A DNA stretch of 64,000 nt, taken from Minisyncoccota bacterium (GTDB taxonomy: Bacteria; Patescibacteriota; Minisyncoccia; Phycocordibacterales; UBA9973). The stretch covers positions 86,941-150,940 of the forward strand of contig JBAZXO010000001.1 in the NCBI GenBank assembly GCA_041659785.1, given 5' to 3'. Both the position numbers and the translations under genes were made by a program. Below the pieces are notes generated by a model. It did no database searches, was not told the DNA's origin, and saw only the letters and a program-made list of their open reading frames with translations. Positions 17,099 through 27,275 of the stretch are shown here, in pieces. Within the stretch, counting starts at the first letter, position 1, and every line of letters starts with the position of its first letter.

Positions 17099-20068
17099 CT
17101 ATTTATTAATTTTCCTTATAACATACTCAAACACTTTTTCTTGAACAAACTTTTTAAGTTCGGGACTTTGATCTAATTTTTGATAAAGATTGAAATGATT
17201 ATCCAATACTCCAACAAGCTCATCTTGAAATAATTGATCAAATTTTAATTTTGCTGAATCTTTACTATTATTTCTAACTGATCCTTGAAGAATTTCACTT
17301 TTAATAAGACGCAGGCTTAAATCATTCAAAATAACTTTATCAGAATCAGTAAAGTTCGTTCCATACCTTTCGTTAATTTCTTTTATTATTTTCGAAAGAA
17401 TGTCGGTTTCTTCTTCAGTTTGCCCTTTTGAACTACCTCCACCCCCCATTGGGTCAATTTCTCCATCCTTATTCTCAAGCAAAACATTTATTTCACCTTT
17501 CTTTTCAATTTTATATGTTTCCATATCAATTGCTTCGAGGACTTCATACGGCAATAAATTTTTTCTTCTTGGTAATTTTCTAATCAAAAATTTTAAGAAT
17601 ATATAGAGTTTCTCAAGTTGAGGGTCTTCAAAGGTAACAATTTGAGAAATGAATGCATACTTTTTTAAGTAATCAAAAGCAGTAGTTTTAAAACCTTCCA
17701 TCTCTTCTTCTGTTAAATTTTCTTCCTTAATTCTTGAGACTACTCCATCAATGATAAAATTAAGCTTATCGGGAGTTGCTCCACCGAAATATTCTTCAGT
17801 AAATCCATTTATCTCAAAATCAGTGAAAAATTTAAAACCACGTACCTCACGCTCAAGGTCATGTAATATATTTGGGTTGGTAGCTTCTGAGAGTATTGTT
17901 GTTGTGTAATAAGGTTGAAAAGATTCTTTTATATCATCAGTTAAATTAACAAAATCAAGTACAAATGTATCATTTTTACCATATGTAGTTCTATTTAAAC
18001 GTGATAGTGTCTGAACTGCATTTACCCCGCCCAGCTTTTTATCGACATACATTACCGAAAGCAATGGTTGATCAAAACCTGTTTGGAATTTTTCAGCAAC
18101 AATCAAGAATTTATATTCATCCTTTTTGAACTCTTCCGCTGTTTTACTTTCTGAAATACCATTCATCTGACCCTCGGTGTATTCTAATTTTGTATCTACA
18201 TCTTTCACAGTACTAGAAAATGCTACGAGAGCTTTGTGGTGATAACCTTTTTCTTTTAGATATTTGTCAAAGGCGATTTTATAACGAACTGCATGCAAGC
18301 GAGATTTAGTGACCACCATCGCTTTTGCCCTACCGCCTATAAGTGATACAATCTTTTCTTCAAAATGTTCAGCCATGATAGCAACCTTTTTATCAATTGC
18401 ATGTTCATGTCTTTCTACATAGCCAATCAAAAGTCTCTGCGCCTTTTTCTTATCGAATTCTGGATCATCTTCTACTTTTTTCAAAAGTCCAAAATATGTC
18501 TCATAGGTCGTGTAATTTTTTAACACATCAAGAATAAACTTTTCTTCGATAGCTTGTTTCATTGAATACAATGAAAAAGGAACAAACTTACCAGTTAAAG
18601 GATCTTCATTTCCAAAAAGCTCAAGCGTTTTTTGTTTTGGGGTTGCAGTGAAAGCAAAGAAGCTTAAATTTGGCGATGCAACCTTTCTTGCCTTCATTCG
18701 CTCAACAATCTGATCTTCTATTGTTTTAAAAGCCTTCTCTTCTTTTTCTTCTTCCACTTGTGCTTCATCTAAAGTCAGCACTTGTCTCAAGTCAGCTGCT
18801 GATTCACCAGACTGTGATGAATGAGCCTCATCGATAATTACCGCAAATTTTTTACCCTCTGTTTGTTCTATCGTCTCTACAATTACAGGAAATTTTTGTA
18901 GAGTACTTGTAATAATCTTTACCCCAGATTTTAATGATTCACTAAGTTCCGCTGATGACTCAACGTGCTTAACTAGACCAGTTATTTGACTGAAGCTTTT
19001 AACCGTATCAGACAATTGCCTATCGAGCACGCGACGATCAGTAACTACAATAACTCCATCAAATACATTTTTATTAGAATTATCATGTAATTCAGCCAAA
19101 CGATGCGCTATCCAAGCGATAGTATTACTTTTTCCAGACCCAGCACTATGCTGAATAAGATAATTTTTTCCTGAACCATTAACCTTTGCATCTACAACGA
19201 CTTTCCTTACAGTATCAAGCTGATGATACCTAGGAAATATGATTTTCTCTTCCTTATATTTTTTTGTATTTTTATCTTCTCTTTCTTCAGTAACTTCTTG
19301 TATAAAATTACCAAGTAAATCAAAAACACTATCTTTAGATAAAATATCTTCCCATAAATAGTGAGTCTTGTATTTCCCTTCTGGCGCATCGGGATTACCA
19401 GACGAGCCTTTATTCCCTTTATTAAATGGTAAAAAGTACGTGGTAAGCCCTGTAAGGCGTGTAGCCATATAAGCTTGCTCAGTATCTACTGCAAAATGAG
19501 TTAAACACCTCTTAAATGACAATAATTTTTCCTTTTGATCACGATCTGTCCTGTATTGGGAAATAGCATTAATAACATTTTGCCCAGTAAATTGATTTTT
19601 AAGTTCCATAGTAAATACAGGCAAGCCATTCACAAAAATAACCATATCAATAGAATTTTCATTTTTCTCACTGTATTTAACTTGTCGCGTTACACTCAAA
19701 ATATTTCCTACATAATCAGCTAATGTTTCAGGGTTTTTATCATTCTCCGGCCTCGAGTACGCCAAATGAATATTTACTCCACGATCTTTAACTCCTTCGC
19801 GAATAACACTCAAGAGCCCGCGAGTAGAAATTTCTTCATCAAGCCTGAGAAGAAATTTCTGCTCCGCTTCCTCCCCATATTGCTCAATAATTTTATCCCA
19901 ACTTTCCTTTTGAGTATTTTTTATAAATTCCAAAACAAGCTCCGTATCCATACAAAGTTTTTTATCATAAGAAGAGTTCTGCCGTTTTCTATATCCTTGT
20001 GCCCCCACTAATTCCCCCTCAATAAATTCCTCAAATCCTGATTCTTTTGTGTTTGTTTTTTGTGTCAT
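17099..20068 (-). CDS. hsdR: Type I restriction enzyme R subunit
   Basis: D...ELK nuclease motif, HSAGSGKS, DEAH, TATP and QTLSRLNR. Confidence 0.95.
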   Translation of the reverse strand: MTQKTNTKESGFEEFIEGELVGAQGYRKRQNSSYDKKLCMDTELVLEFIKNTQKESWDKIIEQYGEEAEQKFLLRLDEEISTRGLLSVIREGVKDRGVNIHLAYSRPENDKNPETLADYVGNILSVTRQVKYSEKNENSIDMVIFVNGLPVFTMELKNQFTGQNVINAISQYRTDRDQKEKLLSFKRCLTHFAVDTEQAYMATRLTGLTTYFLPFNKGNKGSSGNPDAPEGKYKTHYLWEDILSKDSVFDLLGNFIQEVTEEREDKNTKKYKEEKIIFPRYHQLDTVRKVVVDAKVNGSGKNYLIQHSAGSGKSNTIAWIAHRLAELHDNSNKNVFDGVIVVTDRRVLDRQLSDTVKSFSQITGLVKHVESSAELSESLKSGVKIITSTLQKFPVIVETIEQTEGKKFAVIIDEAHSSQSGESAADLRQVLTLDEAQVEEEKEEKAFKTIEDQIVERMKARKVASPNLSFFAFTATPKQKTLELFGNEDPLTGKFVPFSLYSMKQAIEEKFILDVLKNYTTYETYFGLLKKVEDDPEFDKKKAQRLLIGYVERHEHAIDKKVAIMAEHFEEKIVSLIGGRAKAMVVTKSRLHAVRYKIAFDKYLKEKGYHHKALVAFSSTVKDVDTKLEYTEGQMNGISESKTAEEFKKDEYKFLIVAEKFQTGFDQPLLSVMYVDKKLGGVNAVQTLSRLNRTTYGKNDTFVLDFVNLTDDIKESFQPYYTTTILSEATNPNILHDLEREVRGFKFFTDFEINGFTEEYFGGATPDKLNFIIDGVVSRIKEENLTEEEMEGFKTTAFDYLKKYAFISQIVTFEDPQLEKLYIFLKFLIRKLPRRKNLLPYEVLEAIDMETYKIEKKGEINVLLENKDGEIDPMGGGGSSKGQTEEETDILSKIIKEINERYGTNFTDSDKVILNDLSLRLIKSEILQGSVRNNSKDSAKLKFDQLFQDELVGVLDNHFNLYQKLDQSPELKKFVQEKVFEYVIRKINK

Positions 20069-20093
20069 ATTATTTTTATCTATTATAAAGATA

Positions 20094-20513
20094 TCATCTT
20101 ATGATAATTTTATCACTAAATTCTCCTTTTAATGCTTCTTTTAAATCACCGTCAGCTGTCACAACTTCAATATATCCATCATCAAATAAAGTTCTCTGAG
20201 TTTGAAGAATTGTCGCGATAGATGCCATAATTGAGATATCTCCTAACCCTTTTAATCCATAAAATGAAACAATATTATTATATTTATTTAAAAAAGTCTT
20301 GTAGTTTTCTAAATATTTTACTTCATCAAAGGAATCTTTTTGAATATCAATAAATTTTATTCTTTGAATTTTGTTTCTATAATTTGGAGATAATGATTTA
20401 AGAATTTCTATTTCATCTTTTAATTCTTCTGTAATAAAAAATTCATCAGATGAATCAAATGATCTTTCATCTCTTATAAATTTATTTAAAATATTTGTAT
20501 CTATGATTTTCAT
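20094..20513 (-). CDS. PIN-domain protein
   Basis: IIDTNIL...E...GDISI...VTADGDL conserved acidic residues. ATGA overlap with the upstream gene. Confidence 0.75.
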   Translation of the reverse strand: MKIIDTNILNKFIRDERSFDSSDEFFITEELKDEIEILKSLSPNYRNKIQRIKFIDIQKDSFDEVKYLENYKTFLNKYNNIVSFYGLKGLGDISIMASIATILQTQRTLFDDGYIEVVTADGDLKEALKGEFSDKIIIR

Positions 20514-21715
20514 ATTTCTGATCGATATTCAATCCATTTTTCCTTTCTAAATCGGCCAAATATTATCATTTGTGCTTGATTAGGATAAATGGAATTATTC
20601 TTAATGGCTGTATTAACTTTATTAAAAGCAACATCTCCACAAAATTTTTTTACTGAAGTTGATATATGAGGATGTGTAAACCATTTTTTTATATCTTGGA
20701 AAATACTGGGTTCTCTTTCAGGAAGTTTTAATAATTCTTGAAGTTCTTTATCAATTTTTTTCCTAAAACGCAAAATAAATAATATAGCGGTGTAAGATAT
20801 CTTATACTGTTCTTTAAGATTATTGATCAACTCCTTGTTAATATTTTCTGTTTTTATATTATCTGTGACAGATTTTGGTAGTAGAAATTCAGATACAACA
20901 TCATTCATTAACTTAAATTTTTTATCATCCTTTATTTTTTTAATCGAATAACTTTCAATAGAATGTGAGTATTCTTCCATACCAATAACCACCAATAAAT
21001 AAAGTAACGTATATATCTGCCTAAAATGATTTTCGTCTGGATTTATTTCACTTGGTAAAAATACAAAGGGTATTTTTTTATCTTTTACTACAAAGCCACT
21101 GGTATTTCTGTAAAGATCGAAGGTGTTTTTTATTTCAGGCAGAATACCATTTGTTCTTACACCTTGAGAAATATTAATATTCTCTTTACCTTGTATTTTT
21201 TCAATAAGATATTCTTTTGACTTTTCAGCGGAGTCTCTCGTTCTAAAATAATTAAGATCAATATTAAAATAATTTATTATATAATTCACAGCCTCTTGAA
21301 TACTTTTAGATTTTAAAGAACCTGAAAAATCACACATAAAATTATCTGGCAATTGCAACACAACAAACGATTGTATTCTAATTTGTCTATCTATTATTCT
21401 TTTTGACGTTGTGTCACCCCTACCTTTTCTCTTATGTATAGTAAGTAAATCTTTAGGAAATTTGTCCAATCTATTGTCTTCAATGTTTTTTAATTCTTTT
21501 TTTAAATTATTTTCATCCAACAAAAACATTTGCCAAGGTAAATGAATTTTTTCACTTATATCTTTCAGTTCATTGAATGTTATTGATCCTTTTTCAAAAG
21601 CATTTTTGAATACCTCATGTTCAGTAAGTTTTTCTTCAGGATAAAAATTTAATAAAGTTTTAAAAACCTCATCATCTAATTCTACTGCCTTGGTTGTTAC
21701 AGATTTCAAAATCAT
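20510..21715 (-). CDS. HTH + ImmA/IrrE-like protein with degenerate zinc site
   Basis: ITFNELKDIS.KIHLPWQMFLL HTH-like region, then SGF, RQIYTL and EFLLP. The expected HExxH position reads YLLVV. Confidence 0.7.
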   Translation of the reverse strand: MILKSVTTKAVELDDEVFKTLLNFYPEEKLTEHEVFKNAFEKGSITFNELKDISEKIHLPWQMFLLDENNLKKELKNIEDNRLDKFPKDLLTIHKRKGRGDTTSKRIIDRQIRIQSFVVLQLPDNFMCDFSGSLKSKSIQEAVNYIINYFNIDLNYFRTRDSAEKSKEYLIEKIQGKENINISQGVRTNGILPEIKNTFDLYRNTSGFVVKDKKIPFVFLPSEINPDENHFRQIYTLLYLLVVIGMEEYSHSIESYSIKKIKDDKKFKLMNDVVSEFLLPKSVTDNIKTENINKELINNLKEQYKISYTAILFILRFRKKIDKELQELLKLPEREPSIFQDIKKWFTHPHISTSVKKFCGDVAFNKVNTAIKNNSIYPNQAQMIIFGRFRKEKWIEYRSEI

Positions 21716-21719
21716 AAAT

Positions 21720-22949
21720 TTATACTTTTACTTTCCCAGTTACAACATTTGAAATAAGAGAAAATTTATATTCTTCCAAAAGTTTAATTGATGTTTTAAT
21801 ATTTTTCCTCACTAAGTTCATTTTTATTAATAATGATTCTATTTTTTCTTCAATATCCTTTGACGGAACTCTTATTTTTTCTAATAATAAAATTTTTATA
21901 TTCAATGGCTTATTACGTCCAGCAGAACCTCTTGAGGATTCATTAAGTATATGATCACCAAATTTTGTCATTAGTAGAGCTAATAAGTATTCAGTTTTTA
22001 CAATACCGTCCCTTAATAAATAATACCTATGCGATACAACACACCCACTTTCATCTTCACCAGCAAAAGCAACTGCACCTTCCCACGCAAATTGTCCACT
22101 TATAATAAGATCTCTTGAAATTACTTTATAGAAATCTGATTCTTTTATGTCTTTACCCAACTGAAAATCTTTATGAAAAAGTCCTCTGCCTCTATTATAT
22201 AAACCTAGAGCAGTGTATTCAGAATAATCTTCTATATTAATTGGATTTTCGGATAATTTAAATAAATTTTTAATTCTAATAATTTTTCCTTTACCTTTTA
22301 TTTGTTCATTCATAGCAATTGAAACAATCTCCTCTTTTAAGAGTTCGATCTGCTTTTCTTTTTTCTCAATAATTTCCTCAATCATTATTGTTTTATCGTC
22401 AATATAGTCTGCAATTTTTGTTTGCTGTTCTGGTGAAATTATTAAAATTGGGAAATTAACCAGTGTATCATCTTTTAATGTCCAACGATGATCCACAGAA
22501 ACACCGTTACCAAAAGGATGGAATATACCCTCAAAATAATGTTTTTGAAAAAAATAATTATAATATTGTGAGTTTGTCTTTTTATCTTTTTTTCTTAATG
22601 TAGAATAGGCAGGACTAATTATGCCTTCATATTTTGAGGCATCAACAAAACCTCTTACGAGATCCATGGGATTTAAAACTATGTCTCCTTTTATTATTTT
22701 TCGATACCCTTCGTAACTTGCCGCAATTTGTCCTTCATTATTTGAAACATCCCTAGTTTTTATACCACTCAAAGTAAGTGATAATATTTCAGATTCAGAA
22801 TTATTAAAAGATCGTTCTTTCAAGAGATTAAAAACTTCTTTAACTTTTCCAACTTTCCATTCCTTTGGAATTTTCCCCAACCATTCAACCCCAGAATCTT
22901 TATATTCAGAATATTTCTCATATTTTTTTGTAAGGTTTAATGTTTGCAT
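21720..22949 (-). CDS. hsdS: Type I R-M specificity subunit
   Basis: YKDSGVEWLGKIP..W, EQQ.KIADYID and SLISNVVTGK; two TRDs. Confidence 0.95.
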   Translation of the reverse strand: MQTLNLTKKYEKYSEYKDSGVEWLGKIPKEWKVGKVKEVFNLLKERSFNNSESEILSLTLSGIKTRDVSNNEGQIAASYEGYRKIIKGDIVLNPMDLVRGFVDASKYEGIISPAYSTLRKKDKKTNSQYYNYFFQKHYFEGIFHPFGNGVSVDHRWTLKDDTLVNFPILIISPEQQTKIADYIDDKTIMIEEIIEKKEKQIELLKEEIVSIAMNEQIKGKGKIIRIKNLFKLSENPINIEDYSEYTALGLYNRGRGLFHKDFQLGKDIKESDFYKVISRDLIISGQFAWEGAVAFAGEDESGCVVSHRYYLLRDGIVKTEYLLALLMTKFGDHILNESSRGSAGRNKPLNIKILLLEKIRVPSKDIEEKIESLLIKMNLVRKNIKTSIKLLEEYKFSLISNVVTGKVKV

Positions 22950-22950
22950 A

Positions 22951-24705
22951 CTATAATTGCTTCAGTAAATCAAGAAGTTCATTCTCTACCTTTTCAATAT
23001 CTTTTTCTATTGCTTCCAAACTTCTTGGCGCTTCGTATTTGTAGAAATAGCGGGTAAATGGAATTTCATAACCTACAATACCAGTTTTTCCATCTTTATG
23101 GTCCACAACAGATTCATTAATCCAAGCATCTGGAACATAAGGTTTTACCTCTTTGTCGAAGTACTCTTTAATATCCATATCATAGGGCACATTTTCATAG
23201 TCTCGTAACGATTTATCTATTTCAATATTGCCTTTTTTATCTTTAGAAATTTTTCCATCAACCATAAGTGGACGTTCTATTTGAATTTGCCTATATGCAA
23301 AATCAGTCGTTTTAAAAATCTTAGAAAATTCATTCTCTTCAAACTTTTCATAAAGTTCTTCTATTCTCTTTTTTGATTCAGCATCAATCTCATGACGCTT
23401 GCTGCCAAGACTCTTACGAGTCTTTTTGAAAAATGTACGTGCATCTATGAGCTGAACTTTACCCTTCTTTTCTTTTGGTTTTCTATTGGTTACAAACCAT
23501 AAATATGTATTTATGCCAGTGTTATAGAAAAGTTGATCAGGTAGTGCCACGATTGTTTCCAATAGATCTTTTTCTAATATCCATCTTCGTATTTCACTTT
23601 CTCCGCTTCCTGCATCTCCAGTAAATAGTGGTGAACCATTGTGAACTATAGCAATACGCGACCCGCCATCTTTTTCAGGCTTCATTTTAGAAATGAGATG
23701 TTGTAAAAATAAAAGCTGACCGTCGGAAATACGAGGAGTACCAGCACCAAAACGTCCAGCATATCCACGAGACGCTTCACGTTCTACGACATCTTTATCT
23801 TTTTTCCAATCAACTCCATAAGGAGGATTTGAGATCCCGTAATCAAAAACTTCACCAAAAAATTGATCATTGGATAAAGTGCTAGCCTTAGAATGATCTT
23901 TTTCTCCGCCACGAATAAGATCTGGGTTGTCTCCCTTTATCAACATATCAGACTTTGCCACAGCATAAGTGACTGAATTTAATTCTTGACCATATAAAAA
24001 TATATCTGCATCTGGATTGATGTTTCCTAAAATATAATCTTTAGCAACTGAAAGCATCCCAGACGTGCCGCATGCAGGGTCATATATCTTTTTAATAACA
24101 TGTGGTTTTTTAAGGTCTTTTATGTCAGGAAGAAATAATAACTTTGTCATTACCCCTATGACGTCTCGTGGCGTGTAGTGTTCTCCAGCTGTTTCATTAG
24201 ACATTTCAGAAAACTTTCTAAGTAATTCTTCAAAAATTTGTCCCATTTGGTGGTTATCTACTTTTGATGGGTGTAGATCAACTTTATTTATTTCCTGAAT
24301 TACCAAATAAAGAAGATTACCACCTTCAAGACGTTCAAGCTGTTTACTGAAATCAAATTTCTCAAAGATATCTTGAACATTCTTACTATATCCATTTAAA
24401 TATTGTTTGAAATTTTTTGCTAAATGCTTTGGTTCTCCGAGTAAATTTCTAAAATCATATTCTGAGATATTATAAAAGGCCGCCCCAGATGTTCTCTTGA
24501 GAATAGGATCAAGATCGTTTATTTTTCCCTTATATTCATTATATTTTACAAGAACTTTCTCTTTACTGTCTGCAAGGATAGAATCAAGGCGTTTTAAAAC
24601 CAATAAGGGTAGTATTACATCTTGGTATTCATGTTGTTTCCAGCCACCACGCAAGATGTCCGCTATACTCCAGATCGTCGATGCTTTTTGATTAAAATTT
24701 TCCAT
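22951..24705 (-). CDS. hsdM: Type I R-M N6-adenine methyltransferase
   Basis: GEHYTPR, DPACGTSGML, NPPYG and FYNTGI.TY. Confidence 0.96.
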   Translation of the reverse strand: MENFNQKASTIWSIADILRGGWKQHEYQDVILPLLVLKRLDSILADSKEKVLVKYNEYKGKINDLDPILKRTSGAAFYNISEYDFRNLLGEPKHLAKNFKQYLNGYSKNVQDIFEKFDFSKQLERLEGGNLLYLVIQEINKVDLHPSKVDNHQMGQIFEELLRKFSEMSNETAGEHYTPRDVIGVMTKLLFLPDIKDLKKPHVIKKIYDPACGTSGMLSVAKDYILGNINPDADIFLYGQELNSVTYAVAKSDMLIKGDNPDLIRGGEKDHSKASTLSNDQFFGEVFDYGISNPPYGVDWKKDKDVVEREASRGYAGRFGAGTPRISDGQLLFLQHLISKMKPEKDGGSRIAIVHNGSPLFTGDAGSGESEIRRWILEKDLLETIVALPDQLFYNTGINTYLWFVTNRKPKEKKGKVQLIDARTFFKKTRKSLGSKRHEIDAESKKRIEELYEKFEENEFSKIFKTTDFAYRQIQIERPLMVDGKISKDKKGNIEIDKSLRDYENVPYDMDIKEYFDKEVKPYVPDAWINESVVDHKDGKTGIVGYEIPFTRYFYKYEAPRSLEAIEKDIEKVENELLDLLKQL

Positions 24706-24716
24706 ATTGTTTATTA

Positions 24717-25853
24717 TTATTTAGTAAATAAATGCAAATACTCTTTTAAATAAAAGATCCTATCTTTTCTCCGACCTGTTTTTTCGGTAAATAATCCTAA
24801 TTTTTCAAAATCTTCAGCGATAGCAGATGCTGTAGGAAAAGTAACAGAAAGCATGGACTCAATGTCTCTTATAGTGACAACTGGTTGAGAAAACAGTAAT
24901 CGTAAAAGTTCCTTGCCAAGTTTTTGGCGTTTTACACCCATACCTTTTTCTATAGCAGTCTCATATTTCTTTCGTAGATCTATTATTTTTTCTAATGTTT
25001 CTCGCGCATTCTTTGCAGTTTCAGATACTCCAGTAAGAAAAAAACGAACCCAATGTTCTTTATCGTTTGTCTCACGGACACGTGAAAGAGCATCATAATA
25101 TTCAGTACGATGTTTTTCAAAAAAATCGGAAATATAGAGAGTGGGTTTTTTTATAATACCCAAACTCACCAAATGAAGAGTTATAAGAAGCCTACCAATA
25201 CGTCCATTCCCATCCAAAAATGGATGTATCGTTTCAAATTGATAATGGGAAAGGGCAATTTTTATAATATCAGGTATATTTACATTTTTATTGTGCCAAA
25301 ATTTTTCAAGATCACTAAGTAACTCAGAAATCTCCTCATGATGAGGAGGAATAAAAACAGCATCTTTAAGAGTGGCTCCGCCAATCCAATTTTGGCTTCG
25401 ACGAATTTCTCCTGGTAATTTTGTATACCCGCGTACGCTTGAAAGAAGAACCTTATGTGTATCTTTTACAAGTCTTATTGAAAGAGGAAGTTTTTCAAGC
25501 TCCGCAATAGAAAAATTTATTGCCTTAACATAATTTTGTACTTCTTCCCAATCATCTCTTTTCTCTGGATTAATTTCAAGCTCAGGTAAAAGGGCTTCAT
25601 CAAGCTTTGTATGAGTTCCTTCAATTTTACTTGAAGTGGTAGCTTCTTTTGCAATATGCATTTTTATAAAAAAATCTACGTCAGGTATTAATTTAGAAAA
25701 AGCATTGAGCTCGCCCAAATATCGCATAGAATCAGAAAGAAGTAGATCAATTCTTTTATCTGCCCATTCAAAATTTCTATTTACCAATGAAGGTTTAAAA
25801 CTTTTATAACCATCATTTTGTCTATATGTTCCTGACTTATATTTATCAGCCAT
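24717..25853 (-). CDS. Fic family protein
   Basis: [12 protein letters not shown] catalytic motif; SSKIEG inhibitory-helix-like motif; C-terminal HTH. Confidence 0.95.
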   Translation of the reverse strand: MADKYKSGTYRQNDGYKSFKPSLVNRNFEWADKRIDLLLSDSMRYLGELNAFSKLIPDVDFFIKMHIAKEATTSSKIEGTHTKLDEALLPELEINPEKRDDWEEVQNYVKAINFSIAELEKLPLSIRLVKDTHKVLLSSVRGYTKLPGEIRRSQNWIGGATLKDAVFIPPHHEEISELLSDLEKFWHNKNVNIPDIIKIALSHYQFETIHPFLDGNGRIGRLLITLHLVSLGIIKKPTLYISDFFEKHRTEYYDALSRVRETNDKEHWVRFFLTGVSETAKNARETLEKIIDLRKKYETAIEKGMGVKRQKLGKELLRLLFSQPVVTIRDIESMLSVTFPTASAIAEDFEKLGLFTEKTGRRKDRIFYLKEYLHLFTK

Positions 25854-25948
25854 AAAGACAGTATATACCTTTAATATCCAAAAGTCAAATTAAAGATTAA
25901 AGGCTTAACTTTTAATTAGAACCTTTATAATTAAAATCAGTGTTTTAA

Positions 25949-27040
25949 TCATTTATCCACAGAAATTATCTTAACTAGTGCCAGCTCAAGCGGAAGTTCG
26001 GCGATAAAAGTATTATCCATATTTTGATATGCTTCAAGCAACACAGCCAACGTAGAAGAAGTAAATAAATGGCCGTCTTTGCCTGCCCCGTTTGAAGCCG
26101 AAAGCTTTCGTTCGGGGTCTTCCTTTATCAATGCCTTAAGAAATGCTAAATCTTCTTCGCCTAAATCCCCTGCCATATCCTTTTCTAATTTCGGAGCATA
26201 ACGCAAGATTATTGCCATTCGGAATTTCTGGATGATGAGCTTGAAATATAATTTCATATCTAAATTTGATTCTGATGCAATTCGCACAGCAGTGATTCCT
26301 TTTTCTAAATCTTTCTCTGCGATTGCACTTATAAAATCATTTACGAGGGTCGTCTTCGGTGCGCCAGTTATCTTCTCTATATCTTCTCTCTCAATCTTTT
26401 TACTCTTTTTGTCTTTACTGGAGAAATTTAAAACTTTCTGAAGCTCACCTAGGCCGTCACGATATGAACCATCTGCAAGGATAGCGAGGAGCTCGGCTGC
26501 ATCCTTTTCTAAATCATAACCTTCTTCCTTCGCAACGTATAAAATTATATTCTTTAACATGAGCTCGGAAGCCTTTTTGAAAGTGAAAACCTGGCAACGA
26601 GAAACAATAGTCTCAGGGACTTTATGCAGTTCTGTCGTAGCTAAAATAAAGATGACATGCTTTGGTGGCTCTTCGAGAGTCTTCAAGAGTGCACCCCAGG
26701 CGTCCTTGGAGAGCATGTGTACTTCATCTATGATGTAAACTTTGTATTTCGAATCGAATGGCAACACTCGCACGCCGTCGCGAAGTTCTTTTATATCTTC
26801 AATTCCTCTGTTCGAGGCGGCATCTATCTCATAGAGGTCATTTACTGATACACCTATCTCCTTTGCAAAGATACGGGCTACGGTCGTCTTGCCTGTGCCT
26901 CTACTACCTACGAAAAGGTATGCATGAGAGACCTTATTTGACTCCACAGAGCTTTCTAATACATCTATGATGTGGTCTTGCCCGAAGACTTGATCCCATT
27001 TCTGTGGCCTGTATTTACGATATAAAGCTAAGTCGTGCAT
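25949..27040 (-). CDS. dnaX: DNA polymerase III subunit gamma/tau
   Basis: LYRKYRP, GSRGTGKTT, IIDEVHML and SRCQ. Start set at MHDLAL. Confidence 0.95.
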   Translation of the reverse strand: MHDLALYRKYRPQKWDQVFGQDHIIDVLESSVESNKVSHAYLFVGSRGTGKTTVARIFAKEIGVSVNDLYEIDAASNRGIEDIKELRDGVRVLPFDSKYKVYIIDEVHMLSKDAWGALLKTLEEPPKHVIFILATTELHKVPETIVSRCQVFTFKKASELMLKNIILYVAKEEGYDLEKDAAELLAILADGSYRDGLGELQKVLNFSSKDKKSKKIEREDIEKITGAPKTTLVNDFISAIAEKDLEKGITAVRIASESNLDMKLYFKLIIQKFRMAIILRYAPKLEKDMAGDLGEEDLAFLKALIKEDPERKLSASNGAGKDGHLFTSSTLAVLLEAYQNMDNTFIAELPLELALVKIISVDK

Positions 27041-27055
27041 CCGATAATTGTACAT

Positions 27056-27151
27056 AAAAAAAACAAAACTAGCAAAATTTTATAAGGTCCTCGGTTTCCT
27101 GGGTCCCTATCCCAGCCAGACCATTCTAAAATTTTCTAGTTTTGTTTTTTT
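27056..27151. repeat. Hairpin element copy A (42-nt core 27085-27126)
   Basis: Core is 39/42 identical to the reverse complement of 61426-61467 and is enclosed by a ~24-bp inverted repeat. Confidence 0.9.
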
Positions 27152-27154
27152 ACT

Positions 27155-27265
27155 ATTTTTGAAATAGTGCTTTTCGCAGGGGTTTTGCGAGTGACGACGA
27201 GCGAACTTCAGGATTTTTTAAGCTTCAAAAAATCCGTACCGAAGAAAAGTAGTTATTTCAAAAAT
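27155..27265. repeat. Second inverted-repeat-bounded structured element
   Basis: Arms atttttgaaatagtgcttttc / gaaaagtagttatttcaaaaat enclose hairpins tcgca/tgcga and ggatttttt/aaaaaatcc. Confidence 0.7.
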
Positions 27266-27275
27266 TTAACGAGTT

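Noticed and set aside
25854-25948. att-site duplication of the tRNA-Gln 3' end at the far side of the R-M island
   Set aside because: No matching repeat found by eye and no integrase in the window.
27056-27151. SRP RNA (ffs), which often lies near dnaX
   Set aside because: It lacks the conserved SRP helix-8 signature, and a second inverted copy exists elsewhere.
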